Below are positions 41,415-51,700 of a stretch of 64,000 bases of DNA, piece by piece (position 1 is the stretch's first letter; each line of letters starts with the position of its first letter). A program made the position numbers and the translations under genes. The stretch covers positions 37,174 to 101,173 of the forward strand of contig PSPG01000005.1 in assembly GCA_003193925.1 (NCBI GenBank). Direction: 5' to 3'. This DNA comes from Candidatus Thalassarchaeum betae. Lineage in GTDB: Archaea > Thermoplasmatota > Poseidoniia > Poseidoniales > Thalassarchaeaceae. Under the pieces are notes generated by a model that had not been told where the DNA came from, searched no databases, and worked only from the letters and a program-made list of their open reading frames with translations.

Positions 41415-42797
41415 TCAGGACTTCTTCTCGGTCGGGTGGTACTTGTCGATCCACTTCTGGTCGAGGCGAACTAGGAACCGGGTGTCGATCTCCTGCAGTA
41501 ATTCCCAGCACATGTCCAGAGTCTCGGATATGGTGCGGTCCTCATCGCGGCCCTGGCGGAGGAACTCGTTCTCGAAGACGTCAGCGAACTTCAGCATCTG
41601 CAGGTCACGCTCGTTGAGCGCGTCCTCACCGACGATAGCGACGAGTCCCCTCAGCTCACGTCCCTGCGCATAGGCCGCGTACATCTGGTCGGAGACCGAC
41701 TTGTGATCCTCCCGGGTGTGCCCTTCCCCGATGCCAGCGTTCATCAGACGGGAGAGTGAGGGGAGCACGTTGATCGGAGGGTAGATTCCCTTCTGGTGCA
41801 ACTCGCGCGAGATGACGATCTGCCCCTCCGTGATGTAGCCTGACAAGTCGGGAATCGGGTGAGTGATGTCGTCACCCGGCATCGTCAGAATTGGGAACTG
41901 CGTGATGCTGCCGCTCCTGCCCTTCACTAGACCGGCCCGCTCGTAGAGCATGGCGAGATCGGTGTACATGTAGCCGGGGTAGCCACGCCGACCAGGCACC
42001 TCTTCGCGTGCGGCTCCGACTTGGCGCAGAGCTTCACAGTAGTTCGTCATGTCCGTGTAGATGACGAGCACGTGGTAGTCGTGCTCGAAAGCCAGATACT
42101 CCGCGGCGGTCAGTGCTAGTCTGGGCGTGATCAGCCGCTCGACTGCCGGGTCATCTGCTAGATTGACGAAGAGGACCGCCTTATCGAGCGCGCCCGTGCG
42201 TTCGAGGTCGGAAACGAAGAAGTTGTACTCCTCGGCGGTGATACCCATAGCGCAGAAGACGACGACGAACTCCTCCTCGGAGCCGAGGATGCGTGCCTGG
42301 CGGGCGATCTGCAGCGCGATGTCGTTGTGCGGAAGGCCAGAGGCCGAGAAGATGGGCAGTTTCTGTCCGCGCACCAGTGTGGTGCAGCAGTCGATGGCGC
42401 TGATGCCGGTCTGAATGAACTCAGCGGGACTGCGTCTACTGTACGGGTTGATGGCCGCACCTACGATGTCAGCATATCTCTCCGGCACGATGTCGGGGCC
42501 TCCGTCGCGCGGCTTGCCGTTGCCGGCGAGAATCCGCCCGATGAGGTCCTTGCTCACCGGCAGGCGGAACACGTCGCCGAGGAATCGCACCCCAGTCTGG
42601 CGATCGATGCCGCTCGTGCCCTCGAACACCTGCACGACGACCACGTCATCGCTGGTGTCGAGCACCTGGCCGTTCTTGGTGCTGCCATCGGTCAGCCTCA
42701 GGCTGACGATCTCCCCGAATGCCACGGGCTCGGTCTTGTTGAGGAAGACCAGTGGTCCCTTCACGTCCGTAATAGTCCTGTACTCCTTGTCCGCCAT
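41415..42797 (-). CDS. atpB: A/V-type ATP synthase subunit B
   Basis: [38 protein letters not shown]. Confidence 0.98.
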   Translation of the reverse strand: MADKEYRTITDVKGPLVFLNKTEPVAFGEIVSLRLTDGSTKNGQVLDTSDDVVVVQVFEGTSGIDRQTGVRFLGDVFRLPVSKDLIGRILAGNGKPRDGGPDIVPERYADIVGAAINPYSRRSPAEFIQTGISAIDCCTTLVRGQKLPIFSASGLPHNDIALQIARQARILGSEEEFVVVFCAMGITAEEYNFFVSDLERTGALDKAVLFVNLADDPAVERLITPRLALTAAEYLAFEHDYHVLVIYTDMTNYCEALRQVGAAREEVPGRRGYPGYMYTDLAMLYERAGLVKGRSGSITQFPILTMPGDDITHPIPDLSGYITEGQIVISRELHQKGIYPPINVLPSLSRLMNAGIGEGHTREDHKSVSDQMYAAYAQGRELRGLVAIVGEDALNERDLQMLKFADVFENEFLRQGRDEDRTISETLDMCWELLQEIDTRFLVRLDQKWIDKYHPTEKKS

Positions 42798-42809
42798 TCA
42801 TCATCCCCC

Positions 42810-44555
42810 CTATTCCGCGGCCTCCGCGGTGGCTGTAATCTCTGTAACCATGTCATTCACCAGTTTCTCGATGCGTTCCTCGAAGCCCTCTTCGAACCGC
42901 GAGCGCATCAGCAGGCTTCTCGACTCGACATTGACCACGTCCTCGAGTGTGGCGCCAGCGGCCATGGCCTTCTTGGCTGCCTCCTCGAAGGAGAGGATGG
43001 CTCTGATCATCGCATACTGCAGCGGCAGCGCAGTGTATGTGTCGACCGGGTGGAATGCGTTCTGCTGGAGGAAGAACTCGCGAATCATGCGAGCGACCTC
43101 AAGTGTGAGCTGCTGGTCCATCGGCAGCGCGTCCGAGCCGACCAGCTGCACGATCTCCTGCAACTCCGCCTCGACCTGCAGCAGCGTCGATATCTTAGTG
43201 CGCACGTCGGGGAAATCCGAGGCGACGTTGTCTCGGTACCACGGGTCGAGGGCCCGAGGGTAGAGGCTGTACGAAGTCAGCCAGTTTATCGCGGGGAAAT
43301 GGCGCTGCCATGCGAGTTGGGCGTCGAGGCTCCAGAACACCTTCACGATGCGAAGCGTTCCCTGGCTGACGGGCTCCGAGATGTCACCGCCGGGTGGTGA
43401 GACCGCCCCAATGACTGAGATGGAGCCGTCATCGCCTCCCAGCGTCTGGACGCGCCCTGCACGCTCGTAGAACTCGGCGAGCCGGCTCGACAGATAGGCA
43501 GGGTAGCCCTCCTCGCCCGGCATCTCCTCGAGGCGGCTGGAGATCTCTCTCATCGCCTCGGCCCAGCGACTCGTGGAATCAGCCATCAGAGCCACGTCGT
43601 AGCCCATGTCGCGGAAGTACTCGGCAATCGTGATGCCGGTGTACACCGAGGCCTCGCGTGCGGCCACCGGCATGTTCGACGTGTTGGCTATCATCGAAGT
43701 CCGATTCATCAGTGGTTGTCCCGTGTTGGGGTCGATGAGGTGAGGGAACTCGGTCAGAACCTCGGTCATCTCGTTGCCACGCTCGCCGCAACCGATGTAC
43801 ACGACGACCTGTGCGTCAGCCCACTTCGCCAACGCCTGCTGGATCACCGTCTTGCCGCTACCGAAGGGGCCGGGGATACCGGCGGTGCCCCCCTTTGCCA
43901 CGGGGAACAGGAAGTCGAGGATGCGCGTGCCCGTCACGAGCGGGATGTCGGGGGCATACTTCTGCGTGAAGGGACGTGGGAGGCGCACTGGCCAGTTCTG
44001 CATCATCTGCAACTCCGTGCCGTCCTCGAGCGTGCACACGGTCTCGGTGACCGTGAATTCCCCGCCCTTGATCGACTTCACGACACCCCCCCTGCCAGGC
44101 GGGACCATCACGCGATGCTCGATGGTCTCGTTCTCCTGCACGGTGCCGATCGTCTGACCTTCGGAGACCTCGTCCGACATCTCGACCGTTGGGACGAACT
44201 CCCATTTCTTCTTCAGGTCCAACCCATCTGCGTCTACACCACGTGAGATGAAGACCCCCATCCTCTCCTCAAGGATTTTCAGAGGGCGCTGGATGCCGTC
44301 ATATATCTGAGTCAGGAGTCCCGGTCCCAGTTGCACGGAGAGTGATTGGCCGGTTCTCACAACTGGCTCACCGGGCCGTATGCCGCTGGTGTCCTCATAC
44401 ACCTGAATGACCGACTGATCCCCGTGCAATTCGATTACTTCTCCCATTAGTCCCTCGTCTCCGATTCGTACCACTTCGTACATTCTCGGGTTGATACCCA
44501 CTGCGGTAACAACTGGTCCGGAGATTCTGTAAATCGCGCCACTTTCTTCACTCAT
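42810..44555 (-). CDS. atpA: A/V-type ATP synthase subunit A
   Basis: [43 protein letters not shown]. Confidence 0.98.
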   Translation of the reverse strand: MSEESGAIYRISGPVVTAVGINPRMYEVVRIGDEGLMGEVIELHGDQSVIQVYEDTSGIRPGEPVVRTGQSLSVQLGPGLLTQIYDGIQRPLKILEERMGVFISRGVDADGLDLKKKWEFVPTVEMSDEVSEGQTIGTVQENETIEHRVMVPPGRGGVVKSIKGGEFTVTETVCTLEDGTELQMMQNWPVRLPRPFTQKYAPDIPLVTGTRILDFLFPVAKGGTAGIPGPFGSGKTVIQQALAKWADAQVVVYIGCGERGNEMTEVLTEFPHLIDPNTGQPLMNRTSMIANTSNMPVAAREASVYTGITIAEYFRDMGYDVALMADSTSRWAEAMREISSRLEEMPGEEGYPAYLSSRLAEFYERAGRVQTLGGDDGSISVIGAVSPPGGDISEPVSQGTLRIVKVFWSLDAQLAWQRHFPAINWLTSYSLYPRALDPWYRDNVASDFPDVRTKISTLLQVEAELQEIVQLVGSDALPMDQQLTLEVARMIREFFLQQNAFHPVDTYTALPLQYAMIRAILSFEEAAKKAMAAGATLEDVVNVESRSLLMRSRFEEGFEERIEKLVNDMVTEITATAEAAE

Positions 44556-44584
44556 TTCTTCACTTCCTCTCCTCTATTGATGAA

Positions 44585-44884
44585 TCACTTCCAAAGGTCG
44601 ACGCCGATCGCCGACTTTATGGACTCTCGGAGGGTGTTGTCCTCCTCGGTCCCGATGCCCAGAACTGTGGGCGAAATGCTGTCGGACAGCCGCTGACGCA
44701 GTCTCTCCGACAGACGGCTGAGATCGGCGGCGTCGATGACGATGATGCCGACCTCGTTCTCCTCGAGCATCGAGCGTAGGATCGTGCCTGTCTCCTCGTC
44801 GCTCTCAGGGTTGTGCAGGCGTGTGATGCCCGCGAGTTCGAAACCGAGGGTGAACTCGGGAGTGCCTACTATTGCAATCTCCAT
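44585..44884 (-). CDS. atpF: A/V-type ATP synthase subunit F
   Basis: IAIVG..EF..GF.LAG, AIGVDLWK; operon position. Confidence 0.93.
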   Translation of the reverse strand: MEIAIVGTPEFTLGFELAGITRLHNPESDEETGTILRSMLEENEVGIIVIDAADLSRLSERLRQRLSDSISPTVLGIGTEEDNTLRESIKSAIGVDLWK

Positions 44885-44897
44885 TCCTGATTCCTCC

Positions 44898-45956
44898 TCA
44901 TAGTCCCAAATGCGCCTCGATGACGTCGTCGGGAAGGCCCACCGCCTTCCCCCGCACGAGCAAGCGCAGATTCTGCACCTCGAGCACTTTGCTCTCGATG
45001 TAGTAGATTAGGGGGAACGCCGACAGCGGGTTGAGCATATTCATCCGATTCAGCAGATTCAGTCTCTGACTGGTTAGGAGATTCACTATCGGGTCGAGAG
45101 TCCCTCTCTCCCTAGACTCAATCAGCGCCTCGTCGAAGCCGCTGTCATCGAATCCAGGGGCCCGTCTGAGTATTTCGAGCAGCGCCTCTTCATTCTCAGC
45201 CTCCGCCGCTTGGCGCAGGAACGTCGATGTGATCGCCTTGCCGCCCGGGATCATCAACTCGCTGCGCTTCTCGGCTGGCATTTTCTGCCTGAGAGCGCGA
45301 AACAGGTTGATTACGTTCCGATGGTCGATCTCAGTGCGCAGGTAGCGAAGAAGCATCGGGTGGCGAGTCGTGCCTCCACGCAGCTTCTTGATGGCAGATG
45401 AGTAGTAGTGGCGGTCGAGAGCATTCTCGAAAGCCATCAGCTCGTCGTTCCCGTCGAGATTGGCGAGTGCGCGCTCGAACTGCGTTCCATCGAGCGCCGA
45501 AACGGCGTCCTGCAGCGTTTCCGAGCTGTTGACCAGCTCCAGCCACGGCAGGTTCGCCTCGTTCTGCTCAGGCAGGACCTGACTGGCCACGACCTCCAGC
45601 GAAACGCCGCTGTGGATCGCTCTGAGAGCGGTCTTCAACTTCTGATAGGTGAATCTCTCGACATAGATGGATACCAAGCCCTTCAGGTGCCCCTGGCAGA
45701 AACCGAGCACCTGATTCAGGTCTCGGTCCATATTGTGGTTCAATGCGGCCTCGACTAGGTCGACCCCGCTCAACTTGTCGGCATACTCGTCGAGTTCGTC
45801 CCTGTAGCCGAACTCGGCGATGCTGGCAGCGATCGAGTCCGGGGACTGTTGCAGCAACTGGCGCATGCGGGTGGCATCGATGAGCCCGGCCTTTCGGGCC
45901 TTGCCACGCGCTGATGCGTTGGCCCAATTGGACTGTCCCGTCGCTACTGTCGCCAT
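44898..45956 (-). CDS. atpC: A/V-type ATP synthase subunit C
   Basis: AR.KA, EID..N, EV.NLRL..RGK; operon position. Confidence 0.9.
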   Translation of the reverse strand: MATVATGQSNWANASARGKARKAGLIDATRMRQLLQQSPDSIAASIAEFGYRDELDEYADKLSGVDLVEAALNHNMDRDLNQVLGFCQGHLKGLVSIYVERFTYQKLKTALRAIHSGVSLEVVASQVLPEQNEANLPWLELVNSSETLQDAVSALDGTQFERALANLDGNDELMAFENALDRHYYSSAIKKLRGGTTRHPMLLRYLRTEIDHRNVINLFRALRQKMPAEKRSELMIPGGKAITSTFLRQAAEAENEEALLEILRRAPGFDDSGFDEALIESRERGTLDPIVNLLTSQRLNLLNRMNMLNPLSAFPLIYYIESKVLEVQNLRLLVRGKAVGLPDDVIEAHLGL

Positions 45957-45972
45957 GTTCCTCACCCCTTGC

Positions 45973-46542
45973 TTACTTCTCTCCGAACAGTACCGATGTC
46001 ACTCTGGGGAGAGCCGTGATCCACGACTTCTCCAATCGGCCGTCGAAGCGGTAGTCGAGGAGGACCGAACCATCCGGTGCCTCCAGAACGAAGCCGCCCA
46101 GGCCATCGATGTCGTCACCGAATTCAAAGTCGCTTCCAGCGCTCTCCAGTGCTGGACGATCGATGCCGACAGGCCTCAGGATCATCCCCGCTTCCGCATC
46201 TCTCATTGCTTCACCGATGAGCGACTGAAGCAGGCCGGAACGACCCTTCAGGTTGGTCGATCCGATCATCTCCCTCACTGACTCCCTGGTCGCATCGAGT
46301 TCCTCTCTGCGCGCGATGAGCATCGACTTCTGATTGGCCTGTCTGGCCGAAGCGACAGTCTCGGTCATGATCTGAGAGCACTCTCTCATGGCCCTGGAGG
46401 ATATCTCGCTGCGTAACGATTTGAGCTCCTTCCTGGCTTCGGCGATGGTTGCCTTGGCCTTCGCCTTGGCAGCGTCGGTGATGGCTTTCGCCTCTTCCTC
46501 AGCCGCAGCGTCAATATCACTGGCCAGTGCATCCAACGTCAT
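45973..46542 (-). CDS. atpE: A/V-type ATP synthase subunit E
   Basis: N-terminal coiled coil, IDGLGGFVL...D..FD, LF end; operon position. Confidence 0.88.
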   Translation of the reverse strand: MTLDALASDIDAAAEEEAKAITDAAKAKAKATIAEARKELKSLRSEISSRAMRECSQIMTETVASARQANQKSMLIARREELDATRESVREMIGSTNLKGRSGLLQSLIGEAMRDAEAGMILRPVGIDRPALESAGSDFEFGDDIDGLGGFVLEAPDGSVLLDYRFDGRLEKSWITALPRVTSVLFGEK

Positions 46543-46574
46543 GTGTGTCTCCTCCTGTTCTTCATCCCGAACGT

Positions 46575-46889
46575 TCACAGCAGGAACATCGCGATGAATC
46601 CGAACATCAGGATGGTCTCAGGCAGCACGGTGAACATCAGGGCAAGCCCCAACTTCGAGCCGTCTTCAGCTACCCAACCGACAGCTGCTGCACCGATCTG
46701 TCCCTGTCCAAGGCCAGTTCCGATGCCGCAGCCAGCGAGGGCAATGCCCGCGCCAAGCTTGGCCATGGTGTCCTTCTCAGCCAGTTCTTCCGCGCTCAAC
46801 TGCGCGCTTACCACACCGGCTATCAGAGTCAGTCCCCACAGTACCAGCAACAGCCGCAAACTCAATCTCGTCAACTTTATTTTCTTCAT
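46575..46889 (-). CDS. atpK: A/V-type ATP synthase proteolipid subunit K (c)
   Basis: G-rich hairpin GIGTGLGQGQIGAAA...LPET with the carboxylate Glu; signal-peptide-like leader. Confidence 0.93.
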   Translation of the reverse strand: MKKIKLTRLSLRLLLVLWGLTLIAGVVSAQLSAEELAEKDTMAKLGAGIALAGCGIGTGLGQGQIGAAAVGWVAEDGSKLGLALMFTVLPETILMFGFIAMFLL

Positions 46890-46938
46890 TTTCTCATTCT
46901 CCTTTTCTCCATGCATAGCATTGGAATCTGATGTGTGA

Positions 46939-49407
46939 TCACTCTACCTCCACGACTCGGGCAGTGAACCCGAATGGCTCGAACTCTTCACCGACGGCCT
47001 CGTAGAACTGCTTCATCCACTCGACGAGGTGCAGTCGAGCGGTGTGGATGTTGGGGCTGAAGAGGCCGAGGATCCATGCGAAGACCTGGACGCCGAGCCA
47101 AGCGAATGCCAGCGTGACGACCATGTAGACGCCGCCGACCAGGGCAAGCCCGGTGAACCATGCGGCCAACTCCGCCAGTCTGACTTGTCCATAGATCGTT
47201 GTATTGATCATCCCAATATATCCCAGGCCCTGCAAGAGCGCGGGGACGATGAGCAGCGGTGAGAGGACCATCGCCATCGTATGAGGCTCGACGCCTGCAA
47301 GCACCATACCGAGGATGCCGCTCGCAGTCATCCCGTGAAGCAGGCCGAACTGGGAGGTCCCTGCCGGCAGGCGCTTGGAGAACAGCTTGATTGCGATCGC
47401 TGCCAGCACCGGCGCCACCGCCACGAACAGCAGCAGTCCCTCGACGCCAGCTACCCCCAACCCATCCACCGCGTTCAGCATGCCGGCTCCTTCTACATGG
47501 TGTGCTGGGTCAGGGCTATTCCCGTAGAGCATGTCGTTGCCCGTCTCGGCTATCTTGACTCCAGCCACGCCCACAGCGAACAGCCGCACGTAGGAGATGA
47601 CAGTCGGCATAATGCCGACCCCCTCGATGGGTCCCATCATCACGGCGATCAGTATCGGCATCCCGTGATACCTGTAACTGGCATAGATGAGCATCAATAT
47701 GCCGACAGCGACGAGGATGGCGCCGTAGTTCTGCATCATGGTCAATAGTTCGTCACCGGGGGTGTTCTTCAGCCCCAGGAAGCCATAGGAGGCAAGGAAG
47801 CCACCGAAGAGGATAGTTATCCACGAGCCACGATCGAAAATCGCGACGATCGGGCCGGCGTTGCCATGGCTGTCACCGTGAAGCCAGATGTCTCGGAAGC
47901 CAATCAGAAGCCCGAGCAGGACATGGACGGCGCCCATGTAGATAGTGAGAAGTATCAAATCCTCGAGGTTGCCCCCTGCCGAGGTAGGGACCACCCTGTG
48001 GAAGGGGTAAGCGAGGACCAGGCCGAAGGGCCCGGACCACTGCCAATGGATCATTCCACCTTTCGGATACAATGCCGCCAACCAAGACGCCCATGCTGGG
48101 GCGTGACTGTCGACCCAATCGCCATCTACCCTGTGCGGTAATATCTCGTAGCCGGCGAATTCGCCGTAGATGTAGCCGAAGACCACGGCGGAGAAGCCGA
48201 TGTAGACGATGAACTTGGAGGCGAGCAGCCCGGTCTCGGTGTGACCGATCCTCCTGTAGAGAAAGTAACCGAATCCCATCGTGGCGGCGCCGTAGACGAT
48301 GTCGCCGAGAATGAGCCCGAAGAACAGGGGGTAGGTGAAGAACATGAACAGGGTTGGGTCGACCTTGCCGTAGCGAGGCCGTCCCATCAGATCGGTGATC
48401 AGCTCCATCGGTTTGCTCGCGTCGCGATCGGCGAACTTGATCGGCGGTAGTTTGAGTTCGGGTCCGTGGTGACCATGTCCGCCGCCACCGGGCACCACCT
48501 TGTACGGCTCGATGTTGACGACTCGACAGGTCTCTGAAAGCACTGCGCTGACCTCCTCTGAGCGAGAGGTCTCGATCCATCCGTCAATCACGAAAGCGTG
48601 GCCGCTGACCGCGACTCTTATCGGGCCGAGAGCCAGTGCCATATCTCGCTCCAGAAGTTCGATTCCACCGAGCAGGGCCGCTCCGTTGGCTTCGGCCCAG
48701 CCGTCCAACTCGCCCTGCAGCGTCGAGCGCTCGGCCAGCAACTCCTCTCGCCTCGCGGCGAGCTCCTCCAGACGAGCCTCTATCGGACCCTCGCCATCAG
48801 GAGCCGAGATAGCGGCGAATCCCGCCTCTGCCAACTCCGACTGGACTGCGGATGAGGAGGCGTTCTCGCAGAACAGCGCAATCACGGCGGGCTTGACGCC
48901 CTCGATTACGACCAAGCCACCGGAGGCGGCCGCCTCTGCTCGGGCGGCATCTTTCACGGTGCCGACGAAGACAGTCAGCGATCCGTAGCCCGAAAGCACG
49001 TCGAGATCGAGGTCCAGCGGTTGCAGCACTTCCAGAGAATCACTCTCTTCCCCACTGCTGGAGAGTTCGCTGTCGATGAGATCAATGCGGTCCAAGTGGC
49101 CGAGCATCATCTCGATGCGAGAAGGGAGATCTCCGCCCAGCTGGTCGCGAATTGGTTCAGACTCCATCGGGATCTTCGGGTCGATGAGGTCCAGTTGGGA
49201 AGAAGCGCTGCGGTAGCGATTGAGGTCGCGACCGATCTCCTCGGATTCGTCGGTGGGACTGCCGAGGTCGAAGCCCTCCTCGTCCCCGGGATAATCCAGG
49301 AGGTGGACCGCCTTCAGATCAGCGAGTGACTGGACCGCGTCATCGACATTGGAGAGAGAGCCAGCAGCGGTCAGACGGGACATCGCTTGGGTGGTTAGAC
49401 TGCCCAT
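46939..49407 (-). CDS. atpI: A/V-type ATP synthase subunit I (a)
   Basis: P.Y..VDPT, FFG.I.GD..YG, SYVRLFA, H..RLH.VEW..QFY. Confidence 0.95.
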   Translation of the reverse strand: MGSLTTQAMSRLTAAGSLSNVDDAVQSLADLKAVHLLDYPGDEEGFDLGSPTDESEEIGRDLNRYRSASSQLDLIDPKIPMESEPIRDQLGGDLPSRIEMMLGHLDRIDLIDSELSSSGEESDSLEVLQPLDLDLDVLSGYGSLTVFVGTVKDAARAEAAASGGLVVIEGVKPAVIALFCENASSSAVQSELAEAGFAAISAPDGEGPIEARLEELAARREELLAERSTLQGELDGWAEANGAALLGGIELLERDMALALGPIRVAVSGHAFVIDGWIETSRSEEVSAVLSETCRVVNIEPYKVVPGGGGHGHHGPELKLPPIKFADRDASKPMELITDLMGRPRYGKVDPTLFMFFTYPLFFGLILGDIVYGAATMGFGYFLYRRIGHTETGLLASKFIVYIGFSAVVFGYIYGEFAGYEILPHRVDGDWVDSHAPAWASWLAALYPKGGMIHWQWSGPFGLVLAYPFHRVVPTSAGGNLEDLILLTIYMGAVHVLLGLLIGFRDIWLHGDSHGNAGPIVAIFDRGSWITILFGGFLASYGFLGLKNTPGDELLTMMQNYGAILVAVGILMLIYASYRYHGMPILIAVMMGPIEGVGIMPTVISYVRLFAVGVAGVKIAETGNDMLYGNSPDPAHHVEGAGMLNAVDGLGVAGVEGLLLFVAVAPVLAAIAIKLFSKRLPAGTSQFGLLHGMTASGILGMVLAGVEPHTMAMVLSPLLIVPALLQGLGYIGMINTTIYGQVRLAELAAWFTGLALVGGVYMVVTLAFAWLGVQVFAWILGLFSPNIHTARLHLVEWMKQFYEAVGEEFEPFGFTARVVEVE

Positions 49408-49446
49408 TCACTCGACTCCGATTATATCAATCAACACGTGGGGGAT

Positions 49447-49764
49447 CTACGATTGGAGGAACGCGTCGAGCACCGAGTCGACCGCGGACGAGCGGTTCTT
49501 CTCGCCGTGCTCGTGAATCGCCGCCAGAGCAGCCTCGCCATCGGTTCGGATGGAGTTCGCCTTCTTGCCCGCAGCGGCCCTCGTATCATCGATCATCGAC
49601 TGCGCCTCTGCATCCGCATCCTGTAGTCCGGAAGAAAGAGTGTCGGCCGCCTTAGCACGAGCTTTGCTGGTAATGTCCAATGCCTCCGAGCGAGCCTTCT
49701 CCAACTTGATGGTGGTCTTCCCCTCTGCCTCCTTGATAGACCTCAGAACTTCATCCCTAGCCAC
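49447..49764 (-). CDS. atpH: A/V-type ATP synthase subunit H (G-like peripheral stalk)
   Basis: EVLRSIKEAE coiled coil; first gene of the H-I-K-E-C-F-A-B-D operon. Confidence 0.82.
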   Translation of the reverse strand: MARDEVLRSIKEAEGKTTIKLEKARSEALDITSKARAKAADTLSSGLQDADAEAQSMIDDTRAAAGKKANSIRTDGEAALAAIHEHGEKNRSSAVDSVLDAFLQS

Positions 49765-49890
49765 GATGTTCACCCTCTGGGTGAACCGCGGAAAGTTGGC
49801 GAGTTTATCATATTGACCGTTTCGCTCCTTCGTGGGCTCTGAGGCTGGTCACGGGATTCAACCAAATAGAGGATGTAAGGAGGAGTCGGC

Positions 49891-50601
49891 ATGGATGCCG
49901 AACGCATCGGTGCCGAGGATTGGAACGAGCTCCAGCGCAATCTCGAGGCGAGCATCCCTGTGTATGATAAAATCAACAGATTCGCCACTCTCGGACAGGT
50001 CTCCAAGTGGCGCAGGATGGTACAGGACAGACTGCCTGCGCAGGGGCGGGTCCTCGAGGTCGGATGCGGTCCCGGGAGCTTCGCCGAGGAGGTCGTGGGC
50101 AGGGACTTGGTATGCCTCGACCCCATTTCGGAGATGCTGCGTGCAGCACAGTCTCGTGTCGACCCGAAGAGGGAGGCTCGCGGGGACTCGGCCGTCGAGT
50201 TCGTCGAGGGCACGGCGGAAGACCTGCCCTTCGATGACGACTCGTTCGACGCGGTATGCTCGCTGTTCTCGTTCAGGGACTGGTACGACAAGCGCGCTGG
50301 TCTGGCCGAGGCGCTCAGGGTGCTGAAGCCCGGGGGGGTACTGGTAATCGTCGACCCAGCTAAGATCAACCGGCTCCACGGAGCACTCGGTTGGCTTTGG
50401 ATGAGGGTCTGGGTCGGTACCTACGCCAGACTCGTCTACAGGAAGAGCGATCACCCCTGGAGGTGGCTGACGAGGACATACTCGAGCTTCGGTACCACGC
50501 GCGTCTACGTGCGCATGCTGGAAGAGGTAGGATTCTCTGATGTCCGAGCCAAGGTCGTCTTCCCTGGCATGGCCACCATCTGGCAGGGCACCTCACCCTA
50601 G
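49891..50601 (+). CDS. UbiE/MenG-like class I SAM-dependent methyltransferase
   Basis: YDKINR..TLG....WRR, VLEVGCGPG, AEDLPF.DDSFD, RVLKPGG. Confidence 0.85.
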   Translation: MDAERIGAEDWNELQRNLEASIPVYDKINRFATLGQVSKWRRMVQDRLPAQGRVLEVGCGPGSFAEEVVGRDLVCLDPISEMLRAAQSRVDPKREARGDSAVEFVEGTAEDLPFDDDSFDAVCSLFSFRDWYDKRAGLAEALRVLKPGGVLVIVDPAKINRLHGALGWLWMRVWVGTYARLVYRKSDHPWRWLTRTYSSFGTTRVYVRMLEEVGFSDVRAKVVFPGMATIWQGTSP

Positions 50602-51696
50602 GCCGAGCAGGGGGCGGCAGGTCACTGCCCGCCAGATGAACCGCTTGGTCAGCCTGTTGAAAGCAATGTTGAGCAGCCAGTCGGGGGCGCGGAACAGCAG
50701 GCTGCCGAGCCTGAAGGCCCGCTTTGAGTTGCGCATCACCTTGCCCATCTGTGTATTCCACCTTCGCTCGTACTCACTGAGTGGAGTACCGTCCCTCAGG
50801 TGCTCTGCGACCACCTGTCCTGCGATGCGCCCGCCGATCATCGCGATTGTGATACCGGCCCCGTTGGAGGGCAGGACCATGCCGGCAGCATCGCCGACGA
50901 GGAGATGGTTGCCCTTGACGAGGGAGCGGATGGAGCCTGACATCGGGAGGGAGCCGGCTCCGCTGTAGGTGACTTGGCCGCCGTACCTCGAGATGAAGTC
51001 CTCGGCGTAATTGTTCAGGCTCTTGCCCTTGGCCAGGCTCCTCTGGATGCCGAGTCCGATGTTAGCTCCGCCGTCCTTCGGGAACATCCAGGCGTAACCG
51101 CCCGGCGCCACCGAGCCGAAGTGCAGTTCCACCGCGTCGGTGAACTCTCCGGACATGAGCACGAACTTCACCGGGATGTTGAGCGACTCCTCCTGCCACT
51201 GCGTCTTGCGGACGGGGTCGTTGTGACCAGCGGCCCCGACGATGACCCTGGCCGTGTACTCTGAACCGTCCCTCAGGTAGACCGTCTCGTCCTCGACTCG
51301 CTCGACGCGACTGTCGACGAGGTACTCGGCTCCCTTTGACTTGGCCAAGTCTACCAAAGCCTCGTCATGAGCTACGCGATTGAGTACCAGTCCATCGAAA
51401 TCGTATCTCAGCGGCTTGCCGGAAGGAGGGACCAGGCGCATCTCTCCGGTCCTCTTCGATATGGCTTCCTCAGGTGTCTGCAGAAGGTCGTCCACGTCTG
51501 GGACGTCGGGACAGAGCCTACGCATCTCGTCGTTGCTGGGAACTAGTTCGCCGCACTGCAGCGGCGAGCCGATGGGGTCCCTTCCGTCGATGACCAGTAC
51601 GTCTGCCCCGCCCTCGGCGATGTAGCGGGCCGCAGTGCTGCCTGCAGGACCGCCTCCGACGACTATCGCGTCCCAGTCGGTGCGAATCTCGGGCAT
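50593..51696 (-). CDS. Geranylgeranyl reductase family flavoprotein
   Basis: VGGGPAGS, P.QCGE, PGGYAWMFPK, VGDAAG...P..GAGI. Confidence 0.92.
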   Translation of the reverse strand: MPEIRTDWDAIVVGGGPAGSTAARYIAEGGADVLVIDGRDPIGSPLQCGELVPSNDEMRRLCPDVPDVDDLLQTPEEAISKRTGEMRLVPPSGKPLRYDFDGLVLNRVAHDEALVDLAKSKGAEYLVDSRVERVEDETVYLRDGSEYTARVIVGAAGHNDPVRKTQWQEESLNIPVKFVLMSGEFTDAVELHFGSVAPGGYAWMFPKDGGANIGLGIQRSLAKGKSLNNYAEDFISRYGGQVTYSGAGSLPMSGSIRSLVKGNHLLVGDAAGMVLPSNGAGITIAMIGGRIAGQVVAEHLRDGTPLSEYERRWNTQMGKVMRNSKRAFRLGSLLFRAPDWLLNIAFNRLTKRFIWRAVTCRPLLGLG

Positions 51697-51700
51697 GTCC

